A stretch of DNA of 64,000 nt from Octopus bimaculoides (lineage: Eukaryota): contig NC_068981.1 of assembly GCF_001194135.2 (NCBI RefSeq), forward strand, positions 38,483,871 through 38,547,870. Direction: 5' to 3'. The notes under the pieces were generated by a model. It searched no databases. It was not told the origin of the DNA and saw nothing but the letters and a program-made list of their open reading frames with translations. Both the position numbers and the translations under genes were made by a program. Shown here one piece after another: positions 23,291 to 37,631 of the stretch (its first letter is position 1; each line of letters starts with the position of its first letter).

Positions 23291-25960
23291 GCATTACAAT
23301 CAGCACAGGGTATATATTAAATATGATACAGAGATAGTTATTTTAGCTTTATATTGTCTCAATTGTACATGGTTGGATGATTGTTTTATTCAGTTTCCTG
23401 AATTGGAGGTGTCAAATTCTCATTCAAACATGTGGCTGATTACATATATGTGCCATGGAAAAGGTTCAAAAAGGCTGAAATGCTTCTGGTGTTCTTGTTG
23501 GTTGCTCCTGAGGCAATTTTTAGACTCACTCTGATATTTATTGTATTTTTAACACAGTACAGCCATAAGAGATGTTATCTTAGGACAAATACCACAGTAA
23601 CTGGCCTATTGATGCTGTATATATATTATGATACATAAATGGTTATTTTAATTTAATACTGCTTCAGTTGCATTCACTGAAGTACTGAAAATATTTCCAG
23701 CCATTAGCAGATATTTTGAAAACAACTACACAAAGACATCTTAGATTAGAAAATGTCAATTGAATGATTATGCTTCTGCTCTTTTAATAGTATATATATA
23801 AAAAAAGTAATCATTTATTTAATGATGTGGTATGAGAGAAGTTTTTAATAATGGAAGTATATAATGGGTTGATACTGAGAAATCAATCTGTGATAGCTGT
23901 TACCAGTATTTTCAATTAAATATTAGATTATTATCAGGTATATATTTCTCCATTTACATTATAATACGAAAATATTATTGGTCTTATTATAAGATTAAAT
24001 AGTTACTGTGACTTTATAGTATAAATGATTATTATAGATTGACTTAAATTAAGCCAAGTATAGGGAGTGTCTGGTTTCTGTAAAATTACCAAATCTTAGG
24101 CACAGGTATCATTTTATCTTGTATTAAATTTTTCTACTATTACCCTAAGAGTAATGTCATTTGCTTGTATGTTAGTTATAATTAGCTTATTAAGGAAAAC
24201 TTTTCTTCTCCAATAATAGTTAAGGGGTGTATTCCAAATGCATAAGGATAATTTTATATCTGCACACACCTCCACATATAAGCATTAGTTCAGTTCATAT
24301 AAAGAAATGTATAACTTGACTTGGCAATGAGAAAGTAAAAGTTGCTGTAGAAAAAGGGATTCTTTTAAAATCAGTATTATACTGATAAATAATAAATTTA
24401 TGCAGAAAAATTCAAACGAATGGAATAAAACACATTGGTAGAAAGTTCGACATCAAGCAAATGTATTAAAAACCTGAAAATTACGTTATGCTTCTTATAC
24501 TTTATACGGCCCACCTTTTGTATGATGAAAGAAAACTTGCTTACAATCAGAAGTGATAGTTCTTCACAATTCTTCCATTTTGTTTACATCCTAGAGATAC
24601 CTTCATTTGTTAACTATATGTAAAAACCTTTTACTTCAAATATCAAAGTCATTTCAACAGTTGCTACCTGCCCCTACTACTAGCTACTTAAGTATATCAG
24701 TTACATACTAGAAATCAGTAATCCCACTAAATTGTTTATAACCAATTATCTAAACAAACTATTACACAATATAATATTGATTTTCTATCAACAGTCTTGC
24801 TGCAAAATCGCTCTTCAGCTAATATTAGGTTATATAGCTTTTACTATTTACTAGTTCTATAATCTCCTCTATGTTGATTACTGGGCTTCAAATACAGGCC
24901 AGTCTTGCAAGTTTTTAATTTACTTGATATGACTCTCAGCCATCTGACTCTTGATCATGACAAATAACTAACGGTGCTAGTACATTACCTCCTTATTTAC
25001 CCATTCATACTTTTTATTTAATAAACCTCAAGGACTATTGCATAGTTTTTATTCTTTTATCACAAAATGGTTACAGCCTTATAAAACCCATTAGCACTAA
25101 TAACAAATCTAGAATATACTTGACTGCTAAGTAAAGAAAACTTTAGTTTTGACTCTAAATCTTCGTTGGTAATGTATATGGCAAACCCAAGGAGTGTCAA
25201 AATTCCAAAGTTGTACCATCATATTACTTGTGACATACTATTGTCTCCATGAATACTAATATATCCAACCTGCAGTTTCTAGCAGAGCCATTAAAAATTA
25301 CTCACTACAGGTTATATTATTCTTTCCTTGCACAGTCCTTTTATTCAACTGAAGTGGAATTTAATGCTATTGTTTCATTAAAAAAGAAAGAAAATGCAAT
25401 TTCAAAATAGCTTTCACATAGAAAATACCATTTATCTTTAAAAAATTATTAGATCCTCTTAGAAATTTATATGTTCTTAAATACAAAGATAAATGCTTGG
25501 ATATAATTTCTCAGTTCTGAAAATATTCAAATTGCAGGAAAAAAAATAAATGAAAAATTAAAACGTTACAGCTTTGGTAAAGCTGTTATTTTTCAAGCCA
25601 AGTAATATGCCAGCTTTCTAAAAGAAATAGCTTGTCATATTATCGAAGAATGTTCAATTAAATTATAAAAAAATACCATAATGCAGATTTTATGGATGAT
25701 AAACAAAGCTTTTAAAATTGACTCATATATTAATGAAACTTCTTTGCATTTTTAAAGGGCATTTCAAATTTAATGTTCTTCCAATATTTATGAAGTTGAT
25801 TCTCAAATTGTTTGCTTGTTTTCAATTCAACAATTTACCTTCATAATCAATTTCAGTTTAGATAGATCATGTTCCTGTCTTGCTAGCTTGTTATTTTACT
25901 TATACAATTTATGAAAACAAACTAATAATTGATGGAATTCTGTGATTTTATTTTTCTTAC

Positions 25961-25983
25961 CTGATCACAGTCATGCAGCTCCT
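25961..25983 (-). pseudogene. candidate 23-nt exon
   Basis: ctttcttgctttag acceptor and CAG|GTAAGA donor. Confidence 0.35.
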
Positions 25984-27043
25984 CTAAAGCAAGAAAGCTG
26001 TTCTGCTCCAGGCCTTTCCTTCCATATTTTACCCCTCTCTACTCCTCATCTCCTAGCATTTGGGGTTTATTGGTTTGCAAACTGCACGATGACCTCACTG
26101 GTGTAAGGGCATGAAAAAGCACCCAGTATATGCCATAAAGTGATTGGCATTAGGAAAGGCACTTAGGGGTAGAAACTATACCCAAGCAAACACTGGCACA
26201 CAGTGCGGTCCTTCAGCTTATCAGATCTTGTTGATCCATCCAATCCATGCTAGCTCAGACTAAGGATTTTATATGAGGATTATGGCATTTATATATGCAT
26301 TTATCTTCTTCATCTTTAGTATTGAAAAAAAGCCTACCATTTACATCTTCATAAATTTCTTAAAAATTGAAAACACTCTAGTGGCATTCCTAAGCCAATT
26401 GTCTACAAGAATCTGATTTCCATAAAACATGGCTTTAAATTATTATAGTCTTGAAGAGAGAATACTGAAAGTATGCTTTTGAATATTAGTACTTTAAAGA
26501 TGATTCTTATTATTTTTGCTTGTAATATGTTTGTAGAAATTTTAGTCCTTGCCAATGAGCCAAAAAATATTTTTAAAGTTGGTCCTTATTTGAGAACAAA
26601 TATTCAAATTGCTTGAGCCACAATTAAGCACTCAAAGTTTCTACGTTCAAAATGTTCCTAAATAAATTAAAGACTCACTTTATTCAGTGTTCTCTTTGTC
26701 ATCAAAGTGCATAAGCTATTTCAGCATCATAAACAAAGAGCTTGTGCACTTTATACTAATGACAGTATGTCATTTATAATATCTACAATATTGTATAACA
26801 CCCAGAATCCTTTGAAAGTGGTTTCATGTCATAAACACAAACCAGTCAGTTCTATCAATCTCAGTACTTGTCTATTGCTATTTTATCTATCTCTATTTAC
26901 CTAATGATTGAAGCCACAAATGAAAGAGATATAACCTGCATGGAATAAATATGAAGCTTTAATCTATTACCCACACTCAATTTACACACATGAACATACA
27001 CACACACAATGTGTATATGTGTATGTTTATATATATATAAATA

Positions 27044-27429
27044 NNNNNNNNNNNNNNNNNNNNNNNNNNNNNNNNNNNNNNNNNNNNNNNNNNNNNNNNN
27101 NNNNNNNNNNNNNNNNNNNNNNNNNNNNNNNNNNNNNNNNNNNNNNNNNNNNNNNNNNNNNNNNNNNNNNNNNNNNNNNNNNNNNNNNNNNNNNNNNNNN
27201 NNNNNNNNNNNNNNNNNNNNNNNNNNNNNNNNNNNNNNNNNNNNNNNNNNNNNNNNNNNNNNNNNNNNNNNNNNNNNNNNNNNNNNNNNNNNNNNNNNNN
27301 NNNNNNNNNNNNNNNNNNNNNNNNNNNNNNNNNNNNNNNNNNNNNNNNNNNNNNNNNNNNNNNNNNNNNNNNNNNNNNNNNNNNNNNNNNNNNNNNNNNN
27401 NNNNNNNNNNNNNNNNNNNNNNNNNNNNN
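27044..27429. other. assembly gap
   Basis: Run of N. Confidence 1.
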
Positions 27430-29210
27430 TAAAATATGGATGTCACCAACATCTTTATCATCGTCATTTAACGCCCGTTTTCTATGCTGGCATGGGTTGG
27501 ATGGTTTGAATGGGGACCGGCAAGCCAGAAGGCTGCACCAGGCTCCAATCTGATCAGGCAATGTTTCTACAGCTGGATGCCCTTCCTAACACCAACCACT
27601 CCATGAGTGCAGTGGGTGCTTTTTACATGCCACCAGCATGGGAGCCAGTTAGGTGGCACTGGCATCAGCCACAACTACAATTTCTATTTTTGATTGTGAT
27701 TTGATTTTTGATTTTACTTGACTCAATAGGTCACCTTTAGCCCAGCGTGTTACAAGGCGATTCAAGGGTACTTTTTAAAAGGGCTGGTTATGCAACACTA
27801 GTATAGGCTATGGCTGTGATCTCACTTTACTTGCTGGGACTTCTCAATCACAGCGTATCTTCAGAGGTCTTACTATCTTGTCATAGCCTTTGTGAGGCCC
27901 AATGTTCGAAGGTCATGCTTCACCACCTCATCCCATGTCTTCCTGGGTCTTCCTCTTCCATGGGTTCCTTTCACTGTTAAAGAGTAACACTTCTTCATAC
28001 AGCTCTCCTCATCCATACACAGCACATGACCATACCAGTGCAGTCATTTCTCTTGCACACCACATTTGATGCTTGTTGTGTCCAACATTTCTCTCAGGTT
28101 GTTTACATTTTGTTGTGTGTGCACCCTGACATTACACATCCAATGGATCATACTAGCTTCATTTCTTTCAAGCCTATGCATGTCTTCAGCAGTCATGGCC
28201 CATATTTCACTGCCATGTAGCATGGCAGTTCGCACACATGCATATACAATCTACCTTTCACTCTCAGCGAAAGGCCCTTTGTCACCAGTAGAGGTAGAAG
28301 CTTTCTGAACTTTGCCCAGGCTATTTTTATTCTGGTGACAACTCTCTCCGAGCATCCATCCCCACTACAGACTTAGTCACCTAGGAAGTGGAAGCTATCA
28401 ACTATTTCTAGTTTCTCCCCTTGGCATGTGATGGAATCCATTTTCTGAGCATCTGTGGTGTTTATTGCCCCTGTGCATATCTCACACACTAGGGCTATCA
28501 TCCCGGTTAATCTTCTTTTGATGTTGCTGCACCTCTTATGCATACATCTTATAGAGTTTCTACCTACACCTTTTCTACAGATTGAGCAGGGCCATCTATC
28601 TGAAGGAATTTGTTATTTGTTCACCTTCCTACTTACTAGGACTTAGGTTTTTGCAACATTGATTCTAAGGCCCTTTGATTCTAAATCTTGCTTCCACACC
28701 TGAAATTTCTTCTCTAGTTCTGGTAGTGATTCCACTATAAGAGCAATGTCATCAGCATAGAGGAGCTCCCAGGGGCAGCCTCTCTTGAATTCCTCTGTTA
28801 CTGTCCGGAGGACTATGATGAATAATCCTTGGTGGACTCCTACTTCTACCTGGAATTTTTCACTATACTCATTGCTGATCCTTTCCTAACTGATGACATC
28901 CCTGTACAGCCCTTATTAACCACTCATCTATCTCTAGTTTCTGCATCACCCACCAGATAAGGGATTGGGGTCCCTGTCAAAGCCAAGTATAGGGGTTTAT
29001 CTTTGGCTAGGTATTTCTCCTGCAGTTGCCTTACCAGGAATATAGCATCAGTGATGCTTCAACCTGGCACAAAACCAAACTGCATCTCATCCAAGCAGAC
29101 TCTCTCCCTAATTAGTTGGGCTATGAACCCCTCTCCGTGACCTTCATCACCTGATCCAGCAGTTTGCTACCCCTGTAGTTATTTGTATATAAAGCATCAC
29201 CTTTACATGT
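27430..29210 (-). mobile_element. RTE LINE, reverse transcriptase plus 3' end, degenerate
   Basis: NYRGSKLLDQVMKV, MQFGFVPG, GCPWELLYADDIAL, LHGSEIWAMTAEDM motifs; (GAT)n tail. Confidence 0.9.
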
Positions 29211-29479
29211 ATGTATATATATGTGTGTGTGGGTGGGTATGTGAATGTATATATATATAGTATATATACATGCATGCACCCATAAATGTATGATAGGCTG
29301 CTGTGTAGTTTTCATGTTTTAAATCTCACTCAGAAAGTATTAGTAAACTTGATGCTATAGTAGAACAAACTTATCAAATATTTTGTTTTGTAACATAAAA
29401 CAAAACCAGGACAAGTTTTTCCTTATTAATGATATGATTTGGAAGAAAAAGCTGCATTTCTTAGCTTCAGAGTCCCTCT

Positions 29480-29900
29480 GAGGTCGGTTGATGGTGAATA
29501 TTCCATTTGATTAGTTTCAAGTTGATGGCTAGGAAGAAAACATGGGAAGAAGAATATATAGTCACTCTTGGAAAGAAGAACTCGCTATCATAATGTTGCT
29601 TGAGTGGTTAAGGACAGTATTGGGATAAGAGAGTGAGAGTTAAGTAAATTTGGACTGCTTCAGAGATCAGTCACCACCAAGGAACAGAGATCACTGTAGT
29701 AGTGACAGAAAAGGCTGAATGTGGAGACAGTAAATCTGTGAGATTAACAAGCTACTTTATGCCAATCAGTTAGGTTGTTTACTTTTTCTATGAAGCCTAG
29801 ATGTCTGTGTGTGTAAAGCAGCACTTCCTCAGATGCCTGCAACACTCCATTGTGGGTGGACAGTAATTGTTTGGTGATGAAGTATATTTTGATCCCGATT
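29480..29900 (-). mobile_element. CR1/Jockey-group LINE C-terminal fragment
   Basis: FCHYYSDLCS and FFPRVT-type motifs typical of the post-RT region. Confidence 0.5.
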
Positions 29901-30390
29901 ACAAGTTTCTTAATCATAGTGTCATATTAAAATTTTAGTTCTGAAAATATAACTTCGAAATTTCTAGGTATAAATCTTTAACATTGTGAGAATTTAAAGC
30001 GAAAGGACAGACAAAGATATATATGTGAAGAAATAAATTTCAGTATAGAAATACTGTTCCAGATTTTACTTCCTACGTACACAAATCTTTATTCTAAAAT
30101 TTGTCTTTCCAGCTGAAAAGGAACTATGCCTATTTCTATTTATTAACATTGACATTTTAACATCTGATTGTTTCTGACAGAATAAATGAGATGATCTATT
30201 TTATTTTCTTCCCATTCATTCTAATTTTATTTGTAAAACACACATTTTCAAATCCTGATTCCTGATCTAACCATATTTCTTAAAAATCCTTAAACTATCT
30301 ATATATTCTCTCCAATTTTAGCCAAGTTTTAAATGCATTATTCAACATAGGAATCTTGCCGAAGTTAATTTTGCTTTTCTGTCCTTGAAA

Positions 30391-30442
<52 letters not shown>

Positions 30443-30481
30443 AGTTATAGCAATATGCCAAACTCTATTCAATTGACTTAC

Positions 30482-30729
30482 TCCCTTTTACAAAGCTTCA
30501 CTTGGAAATAATACATCAACGTTGGTACTGTCAATGATGTGTAGACATAGCAATGACCTTTAATATAACTATATTGTTATCCCACAAGGGTCTTATTTGA
30601 AATCTAGTAGATCATATTTATCTCATCATCAGCTTGTGAATATGTTTTGTCCTTGTTGATATGATATTCCAGTATAGATTTCTTAGATGATGTATAAAAC
30701 AAACTAGATTGAGTGAAATATTCACCCAC
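30482..30729 (-). pseudogene. exon-like segment with two in-frame stops
   Basis: tattttcag acceptor, GGA|GTAAGT donor, 82 codons VGEYFTQSS...YYFQVKLCKR with TAG and TAA. Confidence 0.45.
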
Positions 30730-31184
30730 CTGAAAATATTGGTATTTGTCCATAAAACAATGCTCTAAATTACTTCCACTTATTCTGCAGCTTAATCATT
30801 ATGCACCACTACGCATGCACTTAGGCTGTAGTGTATTATTAATTTCAGTAAATCTTGACAACCTTCTCCATGAAATACTAATTATTAACATGCCACACTT
30901 CTAAACAAAAATATAGACTTTCTTTAAAACAAGGTTAGTTTTCATGGACAAGCAGTATTTGACAAGTTACACAATATCCCCATATTTTTAAAAAACAACA
31001 AGAAAATTTTTATTTTGTATTCAAAGCAGAATAACAGTTTTAAGCATCAAATTGCTCTTTGTAAAAATAAGAAGTGAAATTTGAGTGTTATTTTCATCCA
31101 CTCTCAGCAGAGTACAAGAAGAGCTATCTATGACAGATGACTCCAAGGTGATTTTGATTCTCTTCATTTACACCTATAAATATG

Positions 31185-31336
31185 TAGGCACAGGCATAAC
31201 AGTGCAGCTAAGAAGTGCACTTTGCAACAACATGGCTTTGGGTTCAGTTCCACAGAGCAGTACCTTGGGCAAGTGTCTTCTACTGTAACCTAAGGAGATT
31301 AATAGTCTGTGAGCAAATTTTAGTAGACATAAACTG

Positions 31337-31426
<90 letters not shown>
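31185..31426 (+). mobile_element. SINE family B head with (TG)n(TA)n
   Basis: ggcacaggcataacagtgcagctaagaag...ttgggcaagtgtcttctac. Confidence 0.7.
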
Positions 31427-31429
<3 letters not shown>

Positions 31430-31621
31430 CTTCAGAAAAATCTCTATAACATGGAGCTAGAGTTATAGAGTTGCTATGCTCCACTGACAACATTATTTGC
31501 AGTTATTTTAAATAACTTTTGATATAATTTAATTCAAATGAATTACAACTACGCCTTATACAACAAGAAAAGAATTGTAAACACATTAAGTAAATGATAA
31601 TAGATACTATATTAGATTAAC

Positions 31622-31839
31622 CTTCTTAGCAATGAAAATTCAGTGCAATTGCAATTTATATTTGCATATTCCTCCTTCTATTAATATGTATCTGCCTACT
31701 ATTATTGTACAGCTTCTCCCTACTTTTATTTAATCATTCCTTTTCTCATTGATAACAGTTTCTATAAGCAGGTTTTTTCAGCTTTGCACAATAACTACTG
31801 AATTCTGCTCACAATCAAATTTATATGAATTTGCAAGAT
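31622..31839 (-). pseudogene. exon-like segment with three in-frame stops
   Basis: ttttttctatag acceptor, AAG|GTTAAT donor, phase 1 to 0, matching both neighbours. Confidence 0.35.
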
Positions 31840-32210
31840 CTATAGAAAAAACTTGGTAACTACTAGTAAAATTACAGTAAAAGAGAACACGTAGATGAAC
31901 AGATGTTATCTTATATAAATTTTATGTTTGAAATTTTACAAATTAGTAATATGTGTATGTATATATTTTGGTGTCCAGGATATGTCAGCAAAAACATCCT
32001 AACTTTTTTGTAATATTCAGAGTAAATATTAACAATTTGCTAAAATTTATGTTTTGGATACACAGCTGATCAGGTGATAAATTTATTTTCTATTTTCTGT
32101 TAGACTATCTTTAGATTTTCTTTTTCTTTTCAATTTGTCAATGGAAGCAACCCAAGATATTCATTGCATTGCATCTAACTGGAACAACCTTGTGCCCTCA
32201 CAAGTCTTAC

Positions 32211-32548
32211 CAGACACTTGCAAATTAAAAGTAAATAACAAGTCAATGAACTTTATACGGTCATTATGAAATAATTTGATCTCCATTCCAGATAAATGTC
32301 AGGTAAATAGAAATGAGCAGTATTTTTTTAAAACATTGCCTTAGACTACCATTTGTTCAGTTTTCCAGTAATGCATTATGCATGGAAGTGTTCCCTATGA
32401 ACACCATACTATCATACACATGATCTTAGATGTAATCTAAATTTAGTGCAGATTTGCCATGCTATTCATGTATTCACATTTCACAAATCCCAGATCCTAA
32501 AAGTTTTGCTATATCAGCTTTCAGTAAGGAATACAGAACATGTTTGTT
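32211..32548 (-). pseudogene. exon-like segment with stops and one apparent frameshift
   Basis: Pyrimidine tract plus caatag acceptor, CTG|GTAAGA donor; needs a frameshift to fit phases. Confidence 0.3.
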
Positions 32549-32812
32549 CTATTGCTTTGTAAAAACAGAAAGTAGAGAAATAAGGTTTTATAAGGTTTGA
32601 AAATCAAAACTAAAAATGGTTTGTGATGACAAATTCATCAATTCTCATATGGTTTACAAAATGATATGCTTGCAAATATGGAGACTAGAGATAAGTTTTG
32701 GCAGAACATAAATATTTCATTTTCATATATATTACTCAATATATCAAACATTTGTATCTGACATTATATATTATATATGCTTTATATGTTACATTAGATT
32801 TGATTTCTTTAC

Positions 32813-33051
32813 CTCATTTCTAACAACAATGACATGGGCATATATTTTTTTTATGGACGTTTTGACCATGCAAGGTATATAATTCGCCCTACCCTTGCTA
32901 TTCACTTTTACATTTGCTTTTATATCTACACGAATACTTAACAAATGTAAACACATTTATTGTTCAATCTTCCTCTACTTATAACTAGAAAGAAGATATC
33001 AGAATTCAACTGTGAAGCAAAGACCACCAGAAAACTACATGAGGTTATTTT
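32813..33051 (-). pseudogene. exon-like segment with four in-frame stops
   Basis: attctttcag acceptor, GAG|GTAAAG donor, phase 1 to 0. Confidence 0.35.
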
Positions 33052-35905
33052 CTGAAAGAATTTGTTAAAACTCTTGAATGAATTTACCTTAAATTTGCTG
33101 TGTTGTGGAAGCACAGCACTGAATGCAGTATCAAATCAATGTATACAAAAATATGTGTAAAATTCATAACTATTTCTCGCTTAATATTGAAATATATAAG
33201 TGTTACTACAGTCTGTAACCCAGTAGTAAAAAGCAACTAAAAAATTTGGCAACAAGGAGGGTACCTAGCATGAAACAGCATCAATAAAGCTGTCTGACCC
33301 ATGTCATCATGGAAAAGCAGACATAAAATGATGATGACGATGGTGATGATGACTGTGATGATGTACACAAGAGCTAACATGCTATTTAAATATTGTCAGA
33401 AGACTTATGATGCAATGATAAATACAGTGAAGTATCAACAAAGGAGATGTGAATTTGCTTCTGGCTCAACTTATTTTTTATTCACTTTCAGTTTCATTTT
33501 GTATCTATCTGCTCTGTTTATAAAAGACGTAGCACATTTGAAAGTTATTTAGTCAAAACTAAATATTCAAATGAACAACATAGAAACTGTTAATGGAAAC
33601 TTGTTAAAAGGTTTCATCGAAATATTCATAGTGGTATTTGATTTTTTATGTAAATTTGTTCTATTTTTTCTTATTTTCAAACAACATTAAGTTCAGAGCA
33701 ATTGCAATTTTGTAATTTTATGTGTTAGAGGAAGGTAAGCACAACAACACACTAGTTGTGATACAGGTTTTCATTCATAAATTAGTTTTGTGTTATCTAT
33801 AAATGATCAAGAAAATAAGGACCAGTTAGGAACTGAGATAATAACGTTCATTGAAGGTTATGCTTATTTTTTGGTGAGAAACATGAAAAATATACAGACA
33901 TATGATACATTTGGAGGTTGACAGTTGGGGCAAAAATGTGCCACGTAATCAAAGATGAAAGAACCTATAGAAAAGGAAGAATGAGCAAGATGCTGTAAAA
34001 GATGATTTCAGAAGAGGCTGACCCTTGTAAAAGAAAATGACAAATGGACATAAGCAATGAGACAGCAAGTTATAGAAAACCCATCCAACTCATGCAGGCA
34101 CAGAAGAAAAATGGATATAAAAATATTGATGATGAGGAAGTGATTCACTTCTACATAGTTTCTGTCAACAAAATTTCACTCATAAGATATTCTAAATCTA
34201 TTGTAGAAGGCACTTGTCCAAGGTGCCATATAATGAGATCAAACCATTACTTGCTGTGATTACAAAGCAAACTTCTTAACCACGACCTCATGCTTATATT
34301 CAAGACATAATTAAAGAATTTCAGGAAATACTACAGGGAATTAAACATCTCTTACAAGAAATCAAATAATAGAATCATTTTGTATATTTTTGTTGAAACT
34401 TAATATTTCTTTGTAATCACACTTAACTCATGAAGGTAAATGTGCACATAATGAAATTGCTCTGATCTCGTTTTAACATGTAATGAACAGGGAAGTAATA
34501 AATTCAATTACTGTTTTCTATTGACTTCACTAGGATTTTGGAATTGATTTAGAGAATTTCTTTCTTCCCTTGTACACTCATATAATCATTATTTAATAAA
34601 CTGCTGTTGATATAATTTGAATTTTACATTTAAATCATTAGAAATGAAAATAGAGTTACCTTAAATAACTTTTTATTAAATATCAAACAAACCATAATTA
34701 AATGCATATTAGGTTATTTTCTCATATTTGCATCCCCCAAATTGCTAAAACCTATGTTTTATAATGAGAAAATTGTAAGATATTTGAATTAAATGAATTC
34801 TTACAGAAACACACAATTCTACATATTCATTATCATAATATTATTTATCTAACACTGTTTACTTGATTGCTTCGAACTGAAGGAAAAAGTTGAATATTTA
34901 CTTAAGTATTGAAATATTTTTCATCACTGTTATGATTTGTTTTGTCTTACTTCAATGTTAGTTTGATAATATACGTTTCTTGTAAATCCTTATCACTAAT
35001 TTGAATATTTGAGAGTATAACTAAAGCATAGCAGAATATAATTGAGTAATGTCTAACTTACTGACTGCTTTACACATTGATCTCAGTATCAATCTAACAA
35101 AACTTCATTTTTGAATCGGACATTCAAATTTTGAAAGATAAAATATAAAATATTAAATTGGTAAGTATATACAAATGAAAGCTATATGTATTATAGTTCT
35201 CGGAATTTTTATTTTTAAGCCTACAATGCTTTACTGAACATTGTTTTAAAACTCATTTTGGCATGAATTTTAATCCGAATCCATGTATTGCAAATAATAT
35301 TGTTATATTTTGGAAAAGAGATAGTCAAAACTATAAAAATACTCAGCAACTGTTATATTTATATATTTCCTGTTTGTTTTTTTTTTTATTATTTTGCTAT
35401 ATTCCCAAAACTTTCAGTCACAGAAATTAAACCTATTGAAAAACTCAGAGAAAATGTGTTACAAACGTTCTGGGGAAAATATAGCTAAAAATGAGAAGTA
35501 AACAACAACTAGTGAGGGTATTTATTGGTTTTACTATGTCCCTTCCAAAATATAGCAATGTAATTTTGTTATTGCTATTGAAAGAGAGATGATTCCATTA
35601 TACAGTTACCAACATTTTTTCACTTCTGAAAAATATTATAGATCAAATCTTGCTTGTTCCAGGTGTATTTATACCAAATAAATTAAATGATTATAGAATG
35701 CAATCTTTTCAAACATGCTCAACACCACTCAGTAATGATCATCTCCTGGCTTACCAGTCCTCAGTCAAACTGTTCAACCCATGCCAACATGGAGAGCAGA
35801 CGTTAAACGATGATGATGATGATGATGAAGTAGACATACTTGAAATCCCTCTTGCAAGTAAAGTGCTAAAGGCATGAGTATGAATGTGTGTGTGTGTGTG
35901 TGTCA

Positions 35906-35987
<82 letters not shown>

Positions 35988-35989
35988 AT

Positions 35990-37597
35990 ATATCAACAGG
36001 AAACCAGCTTTTGTATGTGGAAGATAGACAGGTACAATTAATGCTGAAAATGTGCAGAAAATAGACTCTATCAACTGCCAGTGGGGAAAGCTAGTGGAAG
36101 TAGATGACTACTGTTATCTAGGTGACTAAGTTAGTTGTGGAGGTGGATGCTCCGAGAGCATAGCTGTGAGAATAAGATTAGGCTGGGCAAAGTTCAGAGA
36201 GCTCCTGCCTCTGCTGGCAACAAAGGGCATCTCTCTCAGAGTAGAAGGCAGATTGTATGATGCCTATGCATGAACAGCTATGCTGCATGGCAGTGAAACA
36301 TGGGCTGTGACAGCTGAGGACATGAATAGACTTGAAAGAAATGAAGCCAGTATGCTCCACTGGATGTGCAAAGTCAGTGTGCATGCATAACAGTGTCAGT
36401 ATCTTGAGAGAAAAGTTAGGCATAAGAGGCATCAGATGTAGTATGCAAGAGACGACTGTGCTGGCATGGTCATGTGATGCCTATGGATGAGGACAGCTGT
36501 GTAAAGAAGTGCCAATTCTACGTGTGGAGGGAACCTGTGGTAAGGTAGACCCAGAAAGACATGGGACAAAGTGGTGAAGCCTGATCTTCAAACTTTGAAC
36601 CTTACAGAGGCAATGACTTGTGTCTGAAACCTTTGGTGATATGCTGTGCTTGAAAAGATTCATCAAGCCAAGTGAAATCGTAGTCATGGCTGATGCTGGT
36701 GACACATAACTGTTACTCATGCCAGAGGCACGTAAAGAGCACCTTTCAAGCATTGGGCCTCATGGAGGCAAAGTAGCTGAGTTCCTTTTGGGCATTGGGC
36801 CTCATGGAGGCAAAGTGGCTGAGGTTCTTTCGAGTGTTGGCTCTCACAGAGGCAAAATGGCTGAGTTCCTTTTGAGTGTTAGACCTCATGGTGGCAAAGT
36901 GGTTTAGTTTCTTTCAAGTGTTGGGCTACCTTTGAATGCTGGGCCTCACAGAAGCAATGAAGAAAGACCGAGACCTCTGGAGATATGCTGTGACTGAGAA
37001 GACCCAGCAAATAAAGTGAAATCACAGCTATAGCCTGTGCCAGTGTCGCATAACCAGCCCACTCAAATGTACCTTTTGGATCGTAGGGTGACATGCCATG
37101 CTTGAGGAGACCTATAGAGTCAAGTATATCAACATCACCATCAAAATCATATCAAGCCACAATCAAATGGAAATTGTAGCTGTGGCTGATGCCAGTGCCA
37201 CCTGTCTGGATCCCTATGCTGGTGGCATGTAAAAAACACCATCCAAACGTGGTCGATGCCAGCCTCCTCACTCCAAGTGACTCCTGTGACACCAGCACAT
37301 GAAAAGCACAATCTGAACAATGCCGATGCTAGCGCCGTATTGACTGGCTCCCATGATGGCGACATGTAAAAGCACCATCCAAATATGGTCGATGCCAGCC
37401 CCCTCTGGCCCCTGTGCTAGTGGCATGTAAAAAGCACCCACTACAATCTCAGAGTGGTTGGCATTAGGAAGGGTATCCAGCTGTCGAAAACACTGCTAGG
37501 TCAGATTGGAGCCTAGTGCAGCCTCCTGGTTTCCCAGACCCCCAGTCGAACCGTTCAACCCATGCCGGCATGGAAAACGGACGTTAAACGATGATGG

Positions 37598-37628
<31 letters not shown>
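35990..37628 (+). mobile_element. RTE LINE 3' part with internal minisatellite
   Basis: CYLGD, RLGWAKFRELLPLL, LHGSETWAVT, GRPRKTW motifs; (GAT)n tail at 37590-37628. Confidence 0.9.

Positions 37629-37631
<3 letters not shown>

Noticed and set aside
26977-27561. Long ORFs in the track
   Set aside because: They run through N gaps
36719-36960. CRISPR-like array
   Set aside because: Eukaryotic context; degenerate tandem units without unique spacers inside a LINE
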